DNA from: Diplonema japonicum
Lineage: Eukaryota; Protista; Euglenozoa: Diplonemea
Reading direction: 5' to 3'
DNA: 64,000 nt
Assembly (NCBI GenBank): GCA_964019335.1
Contig: OZ025705.1
Location: 310,001-374,000 of the forward strand
Each line of letters starts with the position of its first letter. Position 1 is the stretch's first letter. This document shows, piece after piece, positions 1-10,416 of this stretch. The notes beneath the pieces are model-generated. The model saw nothing but the letters and a program-made list of their open reading frames with translations. It was not told where the DNA came from and did not search any database. A program made the position numbers and the translations under genes.

Positions 1-1757
1 TCAACATCGGGCCGCCGAAGGTAGATCCCTTCAACAGGATCGACAAAAGAAGTATGAAACCACGTCCACACAACTGACTCCGCCCACGTGTTCCCCTCTT
101 CCGTGAGATGAAAACGCGTGTCGCCCGTTATAGGCGGCGCATCTGAGAGATCAAACTTCAACCAGATATCACACTTCATCTTCCCTTTAACCTCCTCGAC
201 TCTGTTGTAATATTCCAAAGGGCTCAGCTCCTCCACCCCGGGGTACTGCGTGTCACCGACGAGCACTCTGTACTGCCGGAAACCCTTCTCAGGCGTGGGT
301 TTGGAAAGCCTCCGGACCCTGCTGAAAGCCGTGGCGGACTTCTGCGATAAAAGCGTGTCGTCTGTATCGGAGCACCACAATGTGTCGCCTTTAGACCCGT
401 CAAGAGCGGCAGCAACGAATCTGTGAGGCGTGGCTGCGTACATTTTCGGTAAAGGGCCTATAACAACGGAATCGAAGCAAAGGGTTTTTGGAACAGGCGG
501 TGTGAAGACACACCGTTTGCCGGTTCCAACACCCGTGAGGCAGGACTCGTAGTATTTCAGATAAAGATTCTGCGACGGGGACTCCACTGTTTGAACCTTG
601 ACAGACCCGATCTCGGTACGCATCAGCCCGAAGCGTTGCCGTGCTTCTTCAACACCCGGCGCGACACCGCTCCACACCAAATGGGAGCATATCATCATAC
701 CGGTGCGTCCTTTACCACCTTTACAGTGAACTATGATGACGTGTTGGATATCGCTGTCGAGGTATGCTGAGGCAGAGAGGCAGAACTCGTGGATCATGAT
801 GAGGTCGCAAGGCTGATGGTCGTCGATGGTGAATCGTTCCACCCTCCCGTGGAAGTTGTCCGGTGTGTACTGACGCTCGGAGCACAGGTTGTAAACCTTG
901 TACTTGCTGTAGTGCTTCGCATCGAGAAAGGCCCGCACCTCGTCTATCTGGTTTCTGTACAGCGATTCAACAGAAATGCTCGGCCACGACATTGCAATAA
1001 TAGTATCAGTTATATAAGTCAAATCCAAGTCGTACCCCCCTGCTATGTACCGTCTGCGGCATCCCGACACGGTATTCTCGCCGATTTTTGCGCCGGACGT
1101 TAGTTTTTCGTACGTGACAACGACTATACGGAGGCACCGGGTGATGGTCTGTACGACGATAGAGCCTTTTGGAAGGAACGCTGTTTCGAGGATAGCGGAT
1201 GTTAGAAGGATGGAGATGCGCAGGGCACGGCCTGCCTTTGTGATAAAAGGCGTGTTAACACGGAGGAGCCATTGGTACACCCCGTGCGCGATCAGACGAA
1301 TAACCACCATTTCAATGAGGAATATGAAGGATATCACCACGCTTACGACCCTGAGCGTTGTTCCCGGCCATGCTGATTCGCTTGCCGATTTTCCGTCGAC
1401 CGCCACCAGCGTTACCGTTGCGGCGATGTCTACGAACAAAAGAAGCAGTAACGATACCTGGAGGGGAAGGAGTGTTTCCAACTTTTTCAGTTTCGCCTGG
1501 AATTTGACGCTCCTCGGCCTCCTCGCACCTGGTGCTTCCACAAACGGTGTTTCTCCTGTCATCACCCTCAATTCTTCCCCTTCCTGATCATGTTCTTCCA
1601 CCCAGTCGTCTTCCAGAAGCGGTGCATCCAACGTGCTGCTGTAAAACGCTTCTTTTTTCTTCTCCAGCTCCTGTCTGAAATCCAGGGTATACTCGTATTT
1701 GAATTCCGCACCGTGGGGGGACTTGAGATCCTCCGAGAACCCGTCGAGTCTTTGCAT
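1..1757 (-). CDS. Voltage-sensing phosphatase / TPTE-like protein (4-TM voltage-sensor-like domain + PTEN-type phosphatase + C2); 3' end runs off the window
   Basis: Not in the ORF track because it has no stop in the window. Manual translation from ATG 1757 is open to base 1. It shows hydrophobic helices (S2-like IFLIEMVVIRLIAHG, S4-like TITRCLRIVVV), then RRRYIAGGYDLDLTYITDTIIAMSWP, YKVYNLCSER, catalytic HCKGGKGRTG (705-728), VESPSQ and C2 motif WFHTSFV. Confidence 0.9.
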   Translation of the reverse strand, partial: MQRLDGFSEDLKSPHGAEFKYEYTLDFRQELEKKKEAFYSSTLDAPLLEDDWVEEHDQEGEELRVMTGETPFVEAPGARRPRSVKFQAKLKKLETLLPLQVSLLLLLFVDIAATVTLVAVDGKSASESAWPGTTLRVVSVVISFIFLIEMVVIRLIAHGVYQWLLRVNTPFITKAGRALRISILLTSAILETAFLPKGSIVVQTITRCLRIVVVTYEKLTSGAKIGENTVSGCRRRYIAGGYDLDLTYITDTIIAMSWPSISVESLYRNQIDEVRAFLDAKHYSKYKVYNLCSERQYTPDNFHGRVERFTIDDHQPCDLIMIHEFCLSASAYLDSDIQHVIIVHCKGGKGRTGMMICSHLVWSGVAPGVEEARQRFGLMRTEIGSVKVQTVESPSQNLYLKYYESCLTGVGTGKRCVFTPPVPKTLCFDSVVIGPLPKMYAATPHRFVAAALDGSKGDTLWCSDTDDTLLSQKSATAFSRVRRLSKPTPEKGFRQYRVLVGDTQYPGVEELSPLEYYNRVEEVKGKMKCDIWLKFDLSDAPPITGDTRFHLTEEGNTWAESVVWTWFHTSFVDPVEGIYLRRPDV

Positions 1758-1899
1758 TCTTTGGGGTTTCTCCCCCCAAAAAAAAACCCCTCCCTTTTTT
1801 TTGTTTGTCCCCCCCCCGCCAAGTAAAAAAAAGGGGGGGAAAAAGTTAGGAATGCGAGATTTTCTCCCCCCCCCTTTTTTTTCCGCTTTGTCTTTTTGT

Positions 1900-2136
1900 T
1901 CAGCCTCCATTAGCGTCTCTAAGCTTCGTCATCAGACTCCTGCCGTCGTATTCATCCTCGCTATCCTCTGCACTGTCATATGACTGTGGTGGGACTGATG
2001 TCTCGCTCATCCATGGTGGGGTATTGCAGGAAGGCCTCGTTTCATTCAGAACAGAGCATTGGCGGGGAAAGGGAAGCCCGGCCACCGGAAGGGGCTGGCT
2101 GTGGATAGCTGCTTGGAGGCGTTGAACGGGGTCCAT
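1900..2136 (-). CDS. Hypothetical 78-aa protein
   Basis: ATG-TGA ORF that fills a coding-like island between homopolymer spacers, on the same strand as all other genes; no recognisable motif. Confidence 0.35.
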   Translation of the reverse strand: MDPVQRLQAAIHSQPLPVAGLPFPRQCSVLNETRPSCNTPPWMSETSVPPQSYDSAEDSEDEYDGRSLMTKLRDANGG

Positions 2137-2250
2137 TTCCCTCTTTTCTTATACCCCACCCCCTCAAAAAAAAATCAAAAAAAAAAAAAAAAAAAAAGAG
2201 ACATTTAAGGGTACCTGCGGTATGTGGCAGGACGCCTGAAGAGTCTCAAT

Positions 2251-5200
2251 CTATCTCTTGATCGAACCTTTCTGCTGTGGTGTGGCCTTCGGCCCCTCGT
2301 TCACCCTCCTCGGTACCTTAGGTATAAAACCCTCAACCGAGTTGGTAAGGACACAATAGTTGTACAGTTGTTTCTCAAGGATGTGGCGGGTCACCGGGGA
2401 GGCGAATACCGGTCTAGAGGAGTAGCCCCTTACGGAGCTGTTGTAGTAACCCAACGTGCGCAGGGAGTGGACAGAAACTACTGACGCAGCTGGGATGAGG
2501 GGCGCTATGCCCTTACTGGTGTGGATGCGTTCTAGTGCCGTTATCACCCGGCCTATTACACGCGCGCTCACTTGGATGTCCTCACCCTCTTCACAAGGTG
2601 AGAGTCCCACCGTGGCAATGAAGTCTATGGCCAGCTCAAGCCTGGAGACCTGTCCACCTGTCGTGCCCCAGTGAAGGGCAGAGAGCCATCGGATGACGTG
2701 CGGGATGAGCCGTGGGAGGCACTGTTGCCTCAAACCATTGTCGTAGTACCACCTCAGTGACCGTGGCTTGAGCAAACTCCCCTTCTCGAAAGGCCTGTTC
2801 CACAGGTGAACGCTGAAGTCCATCGTCTTTTTCCGTGCAAAGGTGAGTTGTAAGCTACCAGTGATCTCCGCCATCATCAGCTGCAACTCGGCAGTGTCCA
2901 GCCCGAGTCCCACTGTCGCGATGCCGTGCAGTTGCGTGCACCGGGGCCACTGGTTACGTTGTGTGCACAGCGCTGCCCGCGTCTCGGAAGCTGTCCTGAT
3001 GTGCTCGTGCGCCTGACAGTCCCAGAGGGTGTGCTCCAGGAGTCTCGCCGTGTGTTCCGAAATGTCGAAAGTAGCGTCGCAGCCCATGCATTTCGTCCGC
3101 CCCCCGACCGTGTCGTTGATAATCTTGGGGTGGAACGGGAAAACAGCCCCAGTTATCACTTGCAGGACCCTTCGTGCTTTGGGAGGGTTGCGGTTCGCCA
3201 GGTGCAGGTGTAGCCCGTTGGTTGCCACTTCGTCGATGTCGCCCGTCCCCTGAAAGGAGGGTCTGCTCTCCACGAGGTTCGCTCGCAGGTGGACCTTCAG
3301 GAGCTTCCTGACCTCATGCTTCAGTGCCCCAGGCTCTAGGGGGACCCATTGCCGCGCGAAATGCGCCCAGCTGGACCCTAGTTCCTCCAGCAGCTCGTGG
3401 GTCTGTCCGAGTATCCCGCGCGGGGCGAGGGGGTTTCCGTTCCGGGCGGCCTCCTTGTAGCCGTCTCTGCACGCCCTGACGAGTGAACTGGACTCACCGT
3501 CGCTCCTCATCATCCGCGCAAACGTTGTGATCCTGCGGTATGCGGCTGCTGAGTACGGGTCCAGCCTGTGTCCTTTGAAAGCCACCCCGAGGAGGGCGCC
3601 TGACGAGCGTGTTGGGTTGTGTGGGCCCCATATGCAAGAGGTAATCTTCTTCCTGAGGGAGTCCAAGAGCGAGTCCGTGGGTGGTGTGTAGAGCACTCCG
3701 TAGAGCGCCGCAGGTAGGATGCAGTCTTCTATCAGTTGGGCCTTACGCGTTCTCGTGATTTGGGTCACTGTGAGCCTGTCGACAGCATCCAGCGCCGTGG
3801 CGATCCTTGTGTTCTTCGTCCTGGTGGGCTGCAGGCACACCGTACACCCCAACATAGTTACGCTTTTCACCGTATCGAATAAGGTGCCCCTCATCGCCAG
3901 CCTGCTTCTGTACCCCTTCTTGGTGCTAAAGGCCTTAGTTTTCCCCGGGTGTACCGACATGTTCGTCAAGCGGCAGAGCTCGTCCAGCAAGAGTATGGAA
4001 CTCTGGACCGCCTTCTCCGAGATCCTAGAGAAGAGGTATAGGTCGTCCGCGTAGGAGATGGGTAGGACTTCAGGGAATGTGGTGACGCATCGCCTGGTGT
4101 AGGCAGCGAGGATGGCGTTGATGAAGACGGGTGAGATAGGGCAGCCCTGGAGGATTCCGTTTGTGGTGCGAAACACTTCCCCTACCCCCGCCTGGAAGCG
4201 CAAACGCCGGTCGAGGTTGGCGTACATGGATCTCAGCGGCCTTAGGATATTCTCGGACATGCCCAGTCTCTCCGCAAGGTCGAACGTCAACGTGACAGGG
4301 ACGGAGTCGAAACACTTCCTGAAGTCTACCGACAGGCCATACAGGGGCTCTGCCCCCTGTCGAGCATTTTCCACCTGCGCACACACTTTGAAGAGTAGGT
4401 CATCGACGCCGTGTTTTGGTCTAAAGCCGTGCTGCGTCGGGGTGATCCAACGTTCCTGCCACTCGAGAATAGCGGGGAGCCTGGCACATGCCCATAGGCG
4501 GTAGAAGGCACTGGAGACCGTGATCGGGCGATGGTCTAAGGGCTCTTCCGACTCAGACTTCGGGATCATCGTGATCAAGGCAGTCAGGATCGCTTGTGGC
4601 CACACGCCGGTCGTCTCAATCCAGTCAAAGAGGAACAGGAAGCCATCGAGGAGTTCTGAGGGTAGGTGCGCTAGCTCACTCAGCCTCCATCCGTCTACCC
4701 CTGCACAATGCTGCCGCTGTTTCTTGTTGAGGACCTTCCGAAGCTGCGCAGAGGTGAGCTCCGTGGTGGACATCGAGCAGTACGGGATATACCCCCCGAA
4801 GGATCTCACGAACTCTTCCGCTGTTGGTTCTGGCCTGTCTTTGTACATCTGGAACACAGGACTCCATGCCTCCCTGAACGCGCGGTCGATCTCGCCCAGA
4901 TTGGTGCTGAGCCTCCCGTCAGCCGTCCGGACCGCCAGCAGCTCTCTCGACTGTTTTCCCTGCACTAGTCCCGCTATGGTTTGGCGATGCTTCGCGAAGT
5001 GGTACTCCATCTCTCTCTTGTGCTTAGCACCCCGCGATACTTTGCTAGCGAGGTCCATTGTTCTCTGCACTTGGAGCACCTTCGCCTGCAGCTCCGCAGC
5101 GTCCTTGGCCATATCAACCGTCGGCGCCGCGCTCTCAGGGATGACACGCTGGTTCACTGCACGTCGCACCGCGTTGTCCCATCCCCTACAGATCTCATGC

Positions 5201-6543
5201 GGGGGGGCTCCACATATAGGCTTCAGCCGTCTGACTACAGCAGCACAACCCACGCGGATTTTCTCGAGCGCTAGATATCTCTTTGAGACCGCACCCACGC
5301 TGTGCGCTGTAGCAGGCGCTGTTATGCGTTTGAGAGTCGGCTCGCCCAGGCTCCCTCGCCCCAGGTAGCTCGGATTAAAACTCTCCCTTGACGTCCCCAG
5401 TAGGTGCCGTTCGCATATCGAGGAAAGGAACTGGTAAGCACTGTCCATGTCCCCCAGCTCCTTAAAAGAAGTCAGAGTCTGAAGGAGGTCCGCGGGCGGG
5501 GGCGGTCTATGTCCGGCTGGAGCCGGGGTAATCTGCCTGGGGATGGAGAACCGGTAGGTCGCCTGCTTGAGCGCTGTCACCCCTAGCCTAAGTCTAAGGG
5601 CATGGTGTGAGGGAACCCCGATGTCGACCGTCTCGCAGTCCTTCAGCGTGTGTGCCGCAACCTTGTTGAGCAGGATGTAGTCCGGCCTGGTCCTCGCCAC
5701 TGCAGTGACAAAGGTCGGGGGGGTCTCCTCGTTCTTGCGCCTGGCAATTGTGGCGGCCGCGTCAACCCACTGGCTCGCAAGCGCTTCAGCTAGTACGGGG
5801 GACTCCCCCACCGACGTGTTGAAGTCGCCTGTGATTGCCACTGGGACTTCCCCTAGTTCACACACGCCGCTAACGGTTTCGTGCAGCAGCCTCTCCCTTT
5901 CCTGTCTGGCGTTTGCTGTGCCGTCTTTCACTGGACAATAGAGGGTGATCACATGCAGCCATGAGTTGGTCCCAATCGCGACCCTTGCGTGCACCCTCCG
6001 CGACGTCGACATGTCTCCATTGAACACCGCGTTGTCCTTCAGCGCCAGGCGCCGTTTCTTCACCAGAATGCCCACCCCTCCTCGTTCTGCAACATCTGGA
6101 GCCGCAAGCCCGTGAATCACTTTGCACTCTTGAGGCGGACCCCACAACGTTCTGTGCGCTTGGAGGAATGAGTCAGTCTTCGTCTCCAGCTCGACCCTTA
6201 GTTGACCTGCCTTCGTGAGGGCCGTCTCTTGCAGACAGGCGATGTCGAAGCACTGCGTCCTAATCCTGGATTCATGATTCCTGTAGTTAGTCATGTTTGC
6301 AGAAAGCAGCACCAGTTCGTCCGGGTCGGCAGGCCCCGGGTTGGGGTGAATGTCACCATGTGTGAGGAGCCTCCTACGGGTTTCGCCTGCAATCGATTTC
6401 CTCGAGCGCTTGGCAATGTATCGGCAGCTTCGTGGCAACGCCATCGGCCGGCAGCGGGAGTATAACGCGCCGTTGGAGGGAGCACCAAACCAGTCGGAGG
6501 GTATGCAGCGTGGGCTGAGGAGTGAGAGAGTGTCGAGGGTCAT
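2251..6543 (-). CDS. Retrotransposon ORF2: 2A-like peptide, APE endonuclease, reverse transcriptase, C-terminal CCHC-type zinc knuckle (1430 aa)
   Basis: LLTHGDIHPNPGP; APE motifs SANM, CLQET, GDFNT, RPDYIL; RT motifs RPIT, QHGF, DFRKCFDSV, GILQGCPISP, YADD; CMGC...EHTLWDC. Confidence 0.95.
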   Translation of the reverse strand: MTLDTLSLLSPRCIPSDWFGAPSNGALYSRCRPMALPRSCRYIAKRSRKSIAGETRRRLLTHGDIHPNPGPADPDELVLLSANMTNYRNHESRIRTQCFDIACLQETALTKAGQLRVELETKTDSFLQAHRTLWGPPQECKVIHGLAAPDVAERGGVGILVKKRRLALKDNAVFNGDMSTSRRVHARVAIGTNSWLHVITLYCPVKDGTANARQERERLLHETVSGVCELGEVPVAITGDFNTSVGESPVLAEALASQWVDAAATIARRKNEETPPTFVTAVARTRPDYILLNKVAAHTLKDCETVDIGVPSHHALRLRLGVTALKQATYRFSIPRQITPAPAGHRPPPPADLLQTLTSFKELGDMDSAYQFLSSICERHLLGTSRESFNPSYLGRGSLGEPTLKRITAPATAHSVGAVSKRYLALEKIRVGCAAVVRRLKPICGAPPHEICRGWDNAVRRAVNQRVIPESAAPTVDMAKDAAELQAKVLQVQRTMDLASKVSRGAKHKREMEYHFAKHRQTIAGLVQGKQSRELLAVRTADGRLSTNLGEIDRAFREAWSPVFQMYKDRPEPTAEEFVRSFGGYIPYCSMSTTELTSAQLRKVLNKKQRQHCAGVDGWRLSELAHLPSELLDGFLFLFDWIETTGVWPQAILTALITMIPKSESEEPLDHRPITVSSAFYRLWACARLPAILEWQERWITPTQHGFRPKHGVDDLLFKVCAQVENARQGAEPLYGLSVDFRKCFDSVPVTLTFDLAERLGMSENILRPLRSMYANLDRRLRFQAGVGEVFRTTNGILQGCPISPVFINAILAAYTRRCVTTFPEVLPISYADDLYLFSRISEKAVQSSILLLDELCRLTNMSVHPGKTKAFSTKKGYRSRLAMRGTLFDTVKSVTMLGCTVCLQPTRTKNTRIATALDAVDRLTVTQITRTRKAQLIEDCILPAALYGVLYTPPTDSLLDSLRKKITSCIWGPHNPTRSSGALLGVAFKGHRLDPYSAAAYRRITTFARMMRSDGESSSLVRACRDGYKEAARNGNPLAPRGILGQTHELLEELGSSWAHFARQWVPLEPGALKHEVRKLLKVHLRANLVESRPSFQGTGDIDEVATNGLHLHLANRNPPKARRVLQVITGAVFPFHPKIINDTVGGRTKCMGCDATFDISEHTARLLEHTLWDCQAHEHIRTASETRAALCTQRNQWPRCTQLHGIATVGLGLDTAELQLMMAEITGSLQLTFARKKTMDFSVHLWNRPFEKGSLLKPRSLRWYYDNGLRQQCLPRLIPHVIRWLSALHWGTTGGQVSRLELAIDFIATVGLSPCEEGEDIQVSARVIGRVITALERIHTSKGIAPLIPAASVVSVHSLRTLGYYNSSVRGYSSRPVFASPVTRHILEKQLYNYCVLTNSVEGFIPKVPRRVNEGPKATPQQKGSIKR

Positions 6544-6624
6544 CCCGTCCAGCGTGATCAGTGTGACAAGCGCGAAAAGGAAAAGGAACAGGGGACGGAG
6601 CAGGGAGCCTGACCATGCAGATAG

Positions 6625-7560
6625 TCAGTTGAATTCATCCTGCGTGATCGCCGCTACATCCATAAGTGCTGCCTGGTCAGCGTCCCTCTTACGCGTGGGG
6701 GAGGCGGATTCGGCAGCCGCGCGTTCAGCTTCAGCCTCCGCTTTAGCCTTCGCGAGCGGGGACAGTGGAAATTCGGCCTCCGTAAGCTTCACCCGGGACC
6801 TCCCTTTGGGATGGAACGCGCGCCCGATGCGGTTCGGCTTGTCCTCGACCGTCCATTCTCTGATTGAAATGGAGGTCAGGTTGTCTGCACGGCGGATGAC
6901 GGGGTTGGAGGGAGCCTCCTCTGCCCTTGCCAGCCATCTCCTCCCCGGCAACCGGCTGAGCTTCTTCACGACCCATCCCTGCATCCTGCAGTCGTCGATG
7001 ATGTCGCACTGGTGCTCGCAGTGCCCGGCCCCCTCGATAACAAACTTCCTCCCCACCTGGTCCTCCGGCAGGAAAACAGCGCCCAGGGACTGTACCACCA
7101 CGTGTCGAGCAGTGCCTGGTGGGAGCATGATCGCCAGGCCGATGGGAGTGACCGTGAGGGCTACACGGAAGCTAGAAGAGGTCCCGGTGAAGGTACGGGG
7201 AACATCCCGCGGATGGATCGAATCTTTGAGCTGGATGACTTCCAATCGCTCTTCGGGGAGTGCGTGTGTCCAATACACATCGTTGTCTCCGCTGCCGCTG
7301 AGGAGGCGGGCGGCGTGTTGCCAGTCCACGCGCACCCTTGCCGTCGCACGCTGTGCCGTCCTCTCCACCCGCCAGACGTTGCTCCTCACGACCTCGTGCA
7401 CCCCCTGCTTGTCCCTTGCTGCTAGCATGGCCATCCTGGCTATTGCCTCCCCGTCCGACGTCTTCGCCCATTGCGCGGCGCCGCAGAACTTCTTGGCGAT
7501 AATCGCCACGAGGACAACGGACCTGTTAGTCCTCGTTTGGGGCTTGTCGCCGTCGGCCAT
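6625..7560 (-). CDS. Retrotransposon ORF1 (about 311 aa, function unknown)
   Basis: Long ORF directly upstream of ORF2 inside the element. First ATG is at 7560; the track start at 7716 is in the flanking T-run. Confidence 0.7.
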   Translation of the reverse strand: MADGDKPQTRTNRSVVLVAIIAKKFCGAAQWAKTSDGEAIARMAMLAARDKQGVHEVVRSNVWRVERTAQRATARVRVDWQHAARLLSGSGDNDVYWTHALPEERLEVIQLKDSIHPRDVPRTFTGTSSSFRVALTVTPIGLAIMLPPGTARHVVVQSLGAVFLPEDQVGRKFVIEGAGHCEHQCDIIDDCRMQGWVVKKLSRLPGRRWLARAEEAPSNPVIRRADNLTSISIREWTVEDKPNRIGRAFHPKGRSRVKLTEAEFPLSPLAKAKAEAEAERAAAESASPTRKRDADQAALMDVAAITQDEFN

Positions 7561-7679
7561 CACAGGGTCGTAGTGCTCGCCGGCAGTCCAGAGGGCCTTG
7601 ATGCCTCTGCTGGTGGGGGTTGCAACTTCCCTAGCGGCCTCGAACCGGGTTTTCGAGACGACACGAAAGAAAACATAAC

Positions 7680-7714
<35 letters not shown>

Positions 7715-7736
7715 AAGGTTTGATCAACACAAGTTT

Positions 7737-8899
7737 CTACATCGAGCCCTGCTGGAAGGATTCCGAAGCCCGAAGGTGGGAGATGGATATTTTATTCCCT
7801 TCCATTCTCGCAACGTGTTTGGACACCATGTCCTGGTACCGATACATCTCACCAACCTGTTGGTACGAACCAAGCGAAGCCGCTCGCTCTGTGTATCCAG
7901 AGATGCTGGCCAACTCGCCAGAGGCACTCACCGCCGTGTTGTCAAGAGAACCATCTTCAAGAGACCGGTGAAGAACAACAGCGATACAAACACAAAAGGC
8001 GACAATGGTATAGGTGTACATCATGCGGTTGGAGAAGAAGACGTCCTCACCTTGACGCTGCAGAATTTTTTTTTATTTTTATTTTATTTGTATAAATACC
8101 GTCAGGCATTCTTGTTGCTCGTTGTGCTTCAGGGAAAGCCATTTGTAAGGGTTCTGCATGACCGCGTCCTTCACAACGACCCTTCGTAGATCGTCTGCTG
8201 CATCGACTTGAATCTGGTTGTGGACCTCCGCCATCTTCCGCTCATGGAGCAACGCGTCTCTTTCAAGCAGCCTCAGATTTCTTTGTTCCACTGACCGCCT
8301 CAAAGCGTATTTATCGTAAATAGACTCCCTTGTTTCATCAAACCCAGGAAGCCGCGCATTTGCAAGCATGAGCCTGTGTGCCGCATCTATTTCTTCAGGC
8401 TCGTCAGATATGTATGAAGCAGATTGACCGTAGTTTGTTAACTCGTGCTGGGGGAGGGTATTATAATTTTTTTTTTTATATTTCTTTTTTAAAAAAAAAT
8501 TACCTTTGTACCCCTGTCGAAACCGTACATTGATTTGCTGCGGTTTCCCGGGAGGCCCATTGACAGGGGGCGGACGCCCTCGATCTCGCCCGCCTTTGCT
8601 TCTTTTATCAAGTTTCCGAACGGGTTTTTCTTAAAGGCGTGGTCGACTCCGTCGGTGAAGTCCAGTATTTCTCCTTCTTGGTGAGCCCTTGGATCGTCGG
8701 GGGGGTTGTGTTTAAACATAATATTGGACTCACCGTCATCCGTGGTCGAAGCATAGACGAATTTCTTATCGTGGGTCTTCTTCCCCAACCCCTTTTCCCC
8801 TGTTTTTGCAAGGTGTTTTGTGTCTTGCGTTGTTTTTCCACTGCACAGTCGTTGTTGCAGTTTTTGCACTGCTTTGAATGACCGTCGTTTGCGCCACAT
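7737..8899 (-). CDS. Three-exon hypothetical protein (354 aa) with a basic presequence-like N-terminus and one TM helix
   Basis: Three track ORFs join in frame through GT-AG introns 8448-8503 (56 nt) and 8058-8099 (42 nt); TM segment YTYTIVAFCVCIAVVL. Confidence 0.75.
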
Positions 8900-10176
8900 G
8901 TTTTTTTTTTTCTCTTCTTCCCCCTCTTTGTTGTTTTAAACCCACCGAAAGACGATTTTTTTTTTTTTTTTTTTTTTAGAAAAGAAAAAGTATATATGAA
9001 GAAAAGAAGAAGAAGAAGAAGAAAAAAGAAAGAAAGAAAAAAAAACTATAAGAGGGGAAGAGGTAAAAAAAAAAAGATTTTTTGTTCTGTTTTTTTTTTT
9101 AATTTTATTTTTTTTCAAAAGGAAGGTGTGTGTGGTGCGGGGATTGGAGGGGGGGGATAATAAAAAGAAACCCAGAAATGAGAGGGAAAAAAAAGAAAGT
9201 ATGTTTTGTGTGGCTTTTTTTTTTTTTTTTTTTTTTTTTCCTTCTGTTATTGCTTGCAGGTTGGTTTTTTTTCTCTTTTTTTTTTCTCTCTTTTTATCCT
9301 CACTTTTTTTTTTTCTTCTTAAGGAATGGGGAAAGGGAAGGGAGGAAAAGGGGATATGAAAGAAAAAAATAAAAAAACTCAAAGCTACCCAAATACTTAA
9401 TTTTTGCCCGGTGAGAGTGAAACTTTTGTTTTGTTTTCCCCTTCCTTCCCCCCCACCCCGCCACACGCAAGGGAAAAAAAAAAAAAAAAGGAGGGAAAAA
9501 ACTGGTAGAGCTCAAAACCTCATTACTGGCCATCCCCCCCCTTTTTTTCTAGAAGGGCACAAATTTTGATTGCATAAAAGAAGGAGAGACAAAGTGCGGG
9601 CAAAATAATTGTAATAGGTAGCCAAGAGTAAGTATAAAAAAAAAAAGTATAAAAAAAAAAAAAAGCAACTGAACTGTTTGGAACTAAAGGGGAGGAGCTA
9701 AATAAGGTGGGGGGGGGGGAGAAAAACTTACTTGTGTGCATAGATGCCTTTCCTTTTTTTTTGTAAACTACCCTTTTTTTTTTTAAATACGAACTCTCCC
9801 TTGGGTATCTTGCAGACACTCAAGGTTTTTTTTTTATAGAAGAAAAGGGGGGAGGAATAAAAAAAAGAAGAAAAAGAAGTAAACTGTACTGTACAAAATA
9901 AAAAAAAAATCACTATGAAAGAGGGAGGGAGAATTGTTAGTAATCGACACCCCCCCCCCCCCCCCCCCGCCAAAAGAACAAAACTGGAATCGAAAAAACT
10001 AAAAAGGATTCTCTCGCTTTCATTCTTTCTCTCCTTCTGCGCCCACATCTGAGAGAGGCAGAAATCTTGTTTCTTTTTTTTTTTTTTCCTCGCTCTTCCT
10101 GAAATCTTTCCTGGGACGAATGGGGTAGAAACCCGGAGTGGTTTCCCCTTGAACACATTGCTGACGTTCCTCCTTT

Positions 10177-10210
<34 letters not shown>

Positions 10211-10361
10211 GGGACATAGCAACTCGAAATTTGCACCCGCTGCGTTGTGCGTGTTTTTTTTTTCCCTTCAAAGTACATTTTTTTTTTAAATAGTTTTCTT
10301 TGTAGTTTTTTTTCCCCCCTCTTTTTTTTTTTTTTTTTCTCTTTCGTTTCCTTTTAAAAAA

Positions 10362-10416
<55 letters not shown>

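Larger units (their letters stand above)
2198..7681 (-). mobile_element. Apparently full-length APE-type non-LTR retrotransposon (about 5.5 kb)
   Basis: ORF1 plus intact EN-RT ORF2, bounded by + strand A-runs (A21 at 2177-2197, A32 at 7682-7713). The 3' end is fixed by the second copy at 26332; the 5' end is approximate. Confidence 0.92.

Noticed and set aside
789-1587. Plus-strand ORFs 789-1103 and 1045-1587
   Set aside because: Antisense shadows of the VSP-like gene, which has clear motifs on the minus strand.
2251-3900. RNase H domain in ORF2
   Set aside because: No recognisable acidic RNase H motifs after the RT domain.
6350-7573. 407-aa plus-strand ORF in the retrotransposon (also 4520-5368)
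   Set aside because: Codon-register antisense shadow with no motifs; similar shadows occur over other GC-rich genes here.
7560-7681. HDV-like ribozyme/Pr77-type 5' signature as in L1Tc/ingi
   Set aside because: Small hairpins are present, but I could not fit the double pseudoknot by eye; needs an Infernal scan.
2177-7713. Target-site duplication of the retrotransposon
   Set aside because: Both flanks are homopolymer runs, so a duplication cannot be distinguished.
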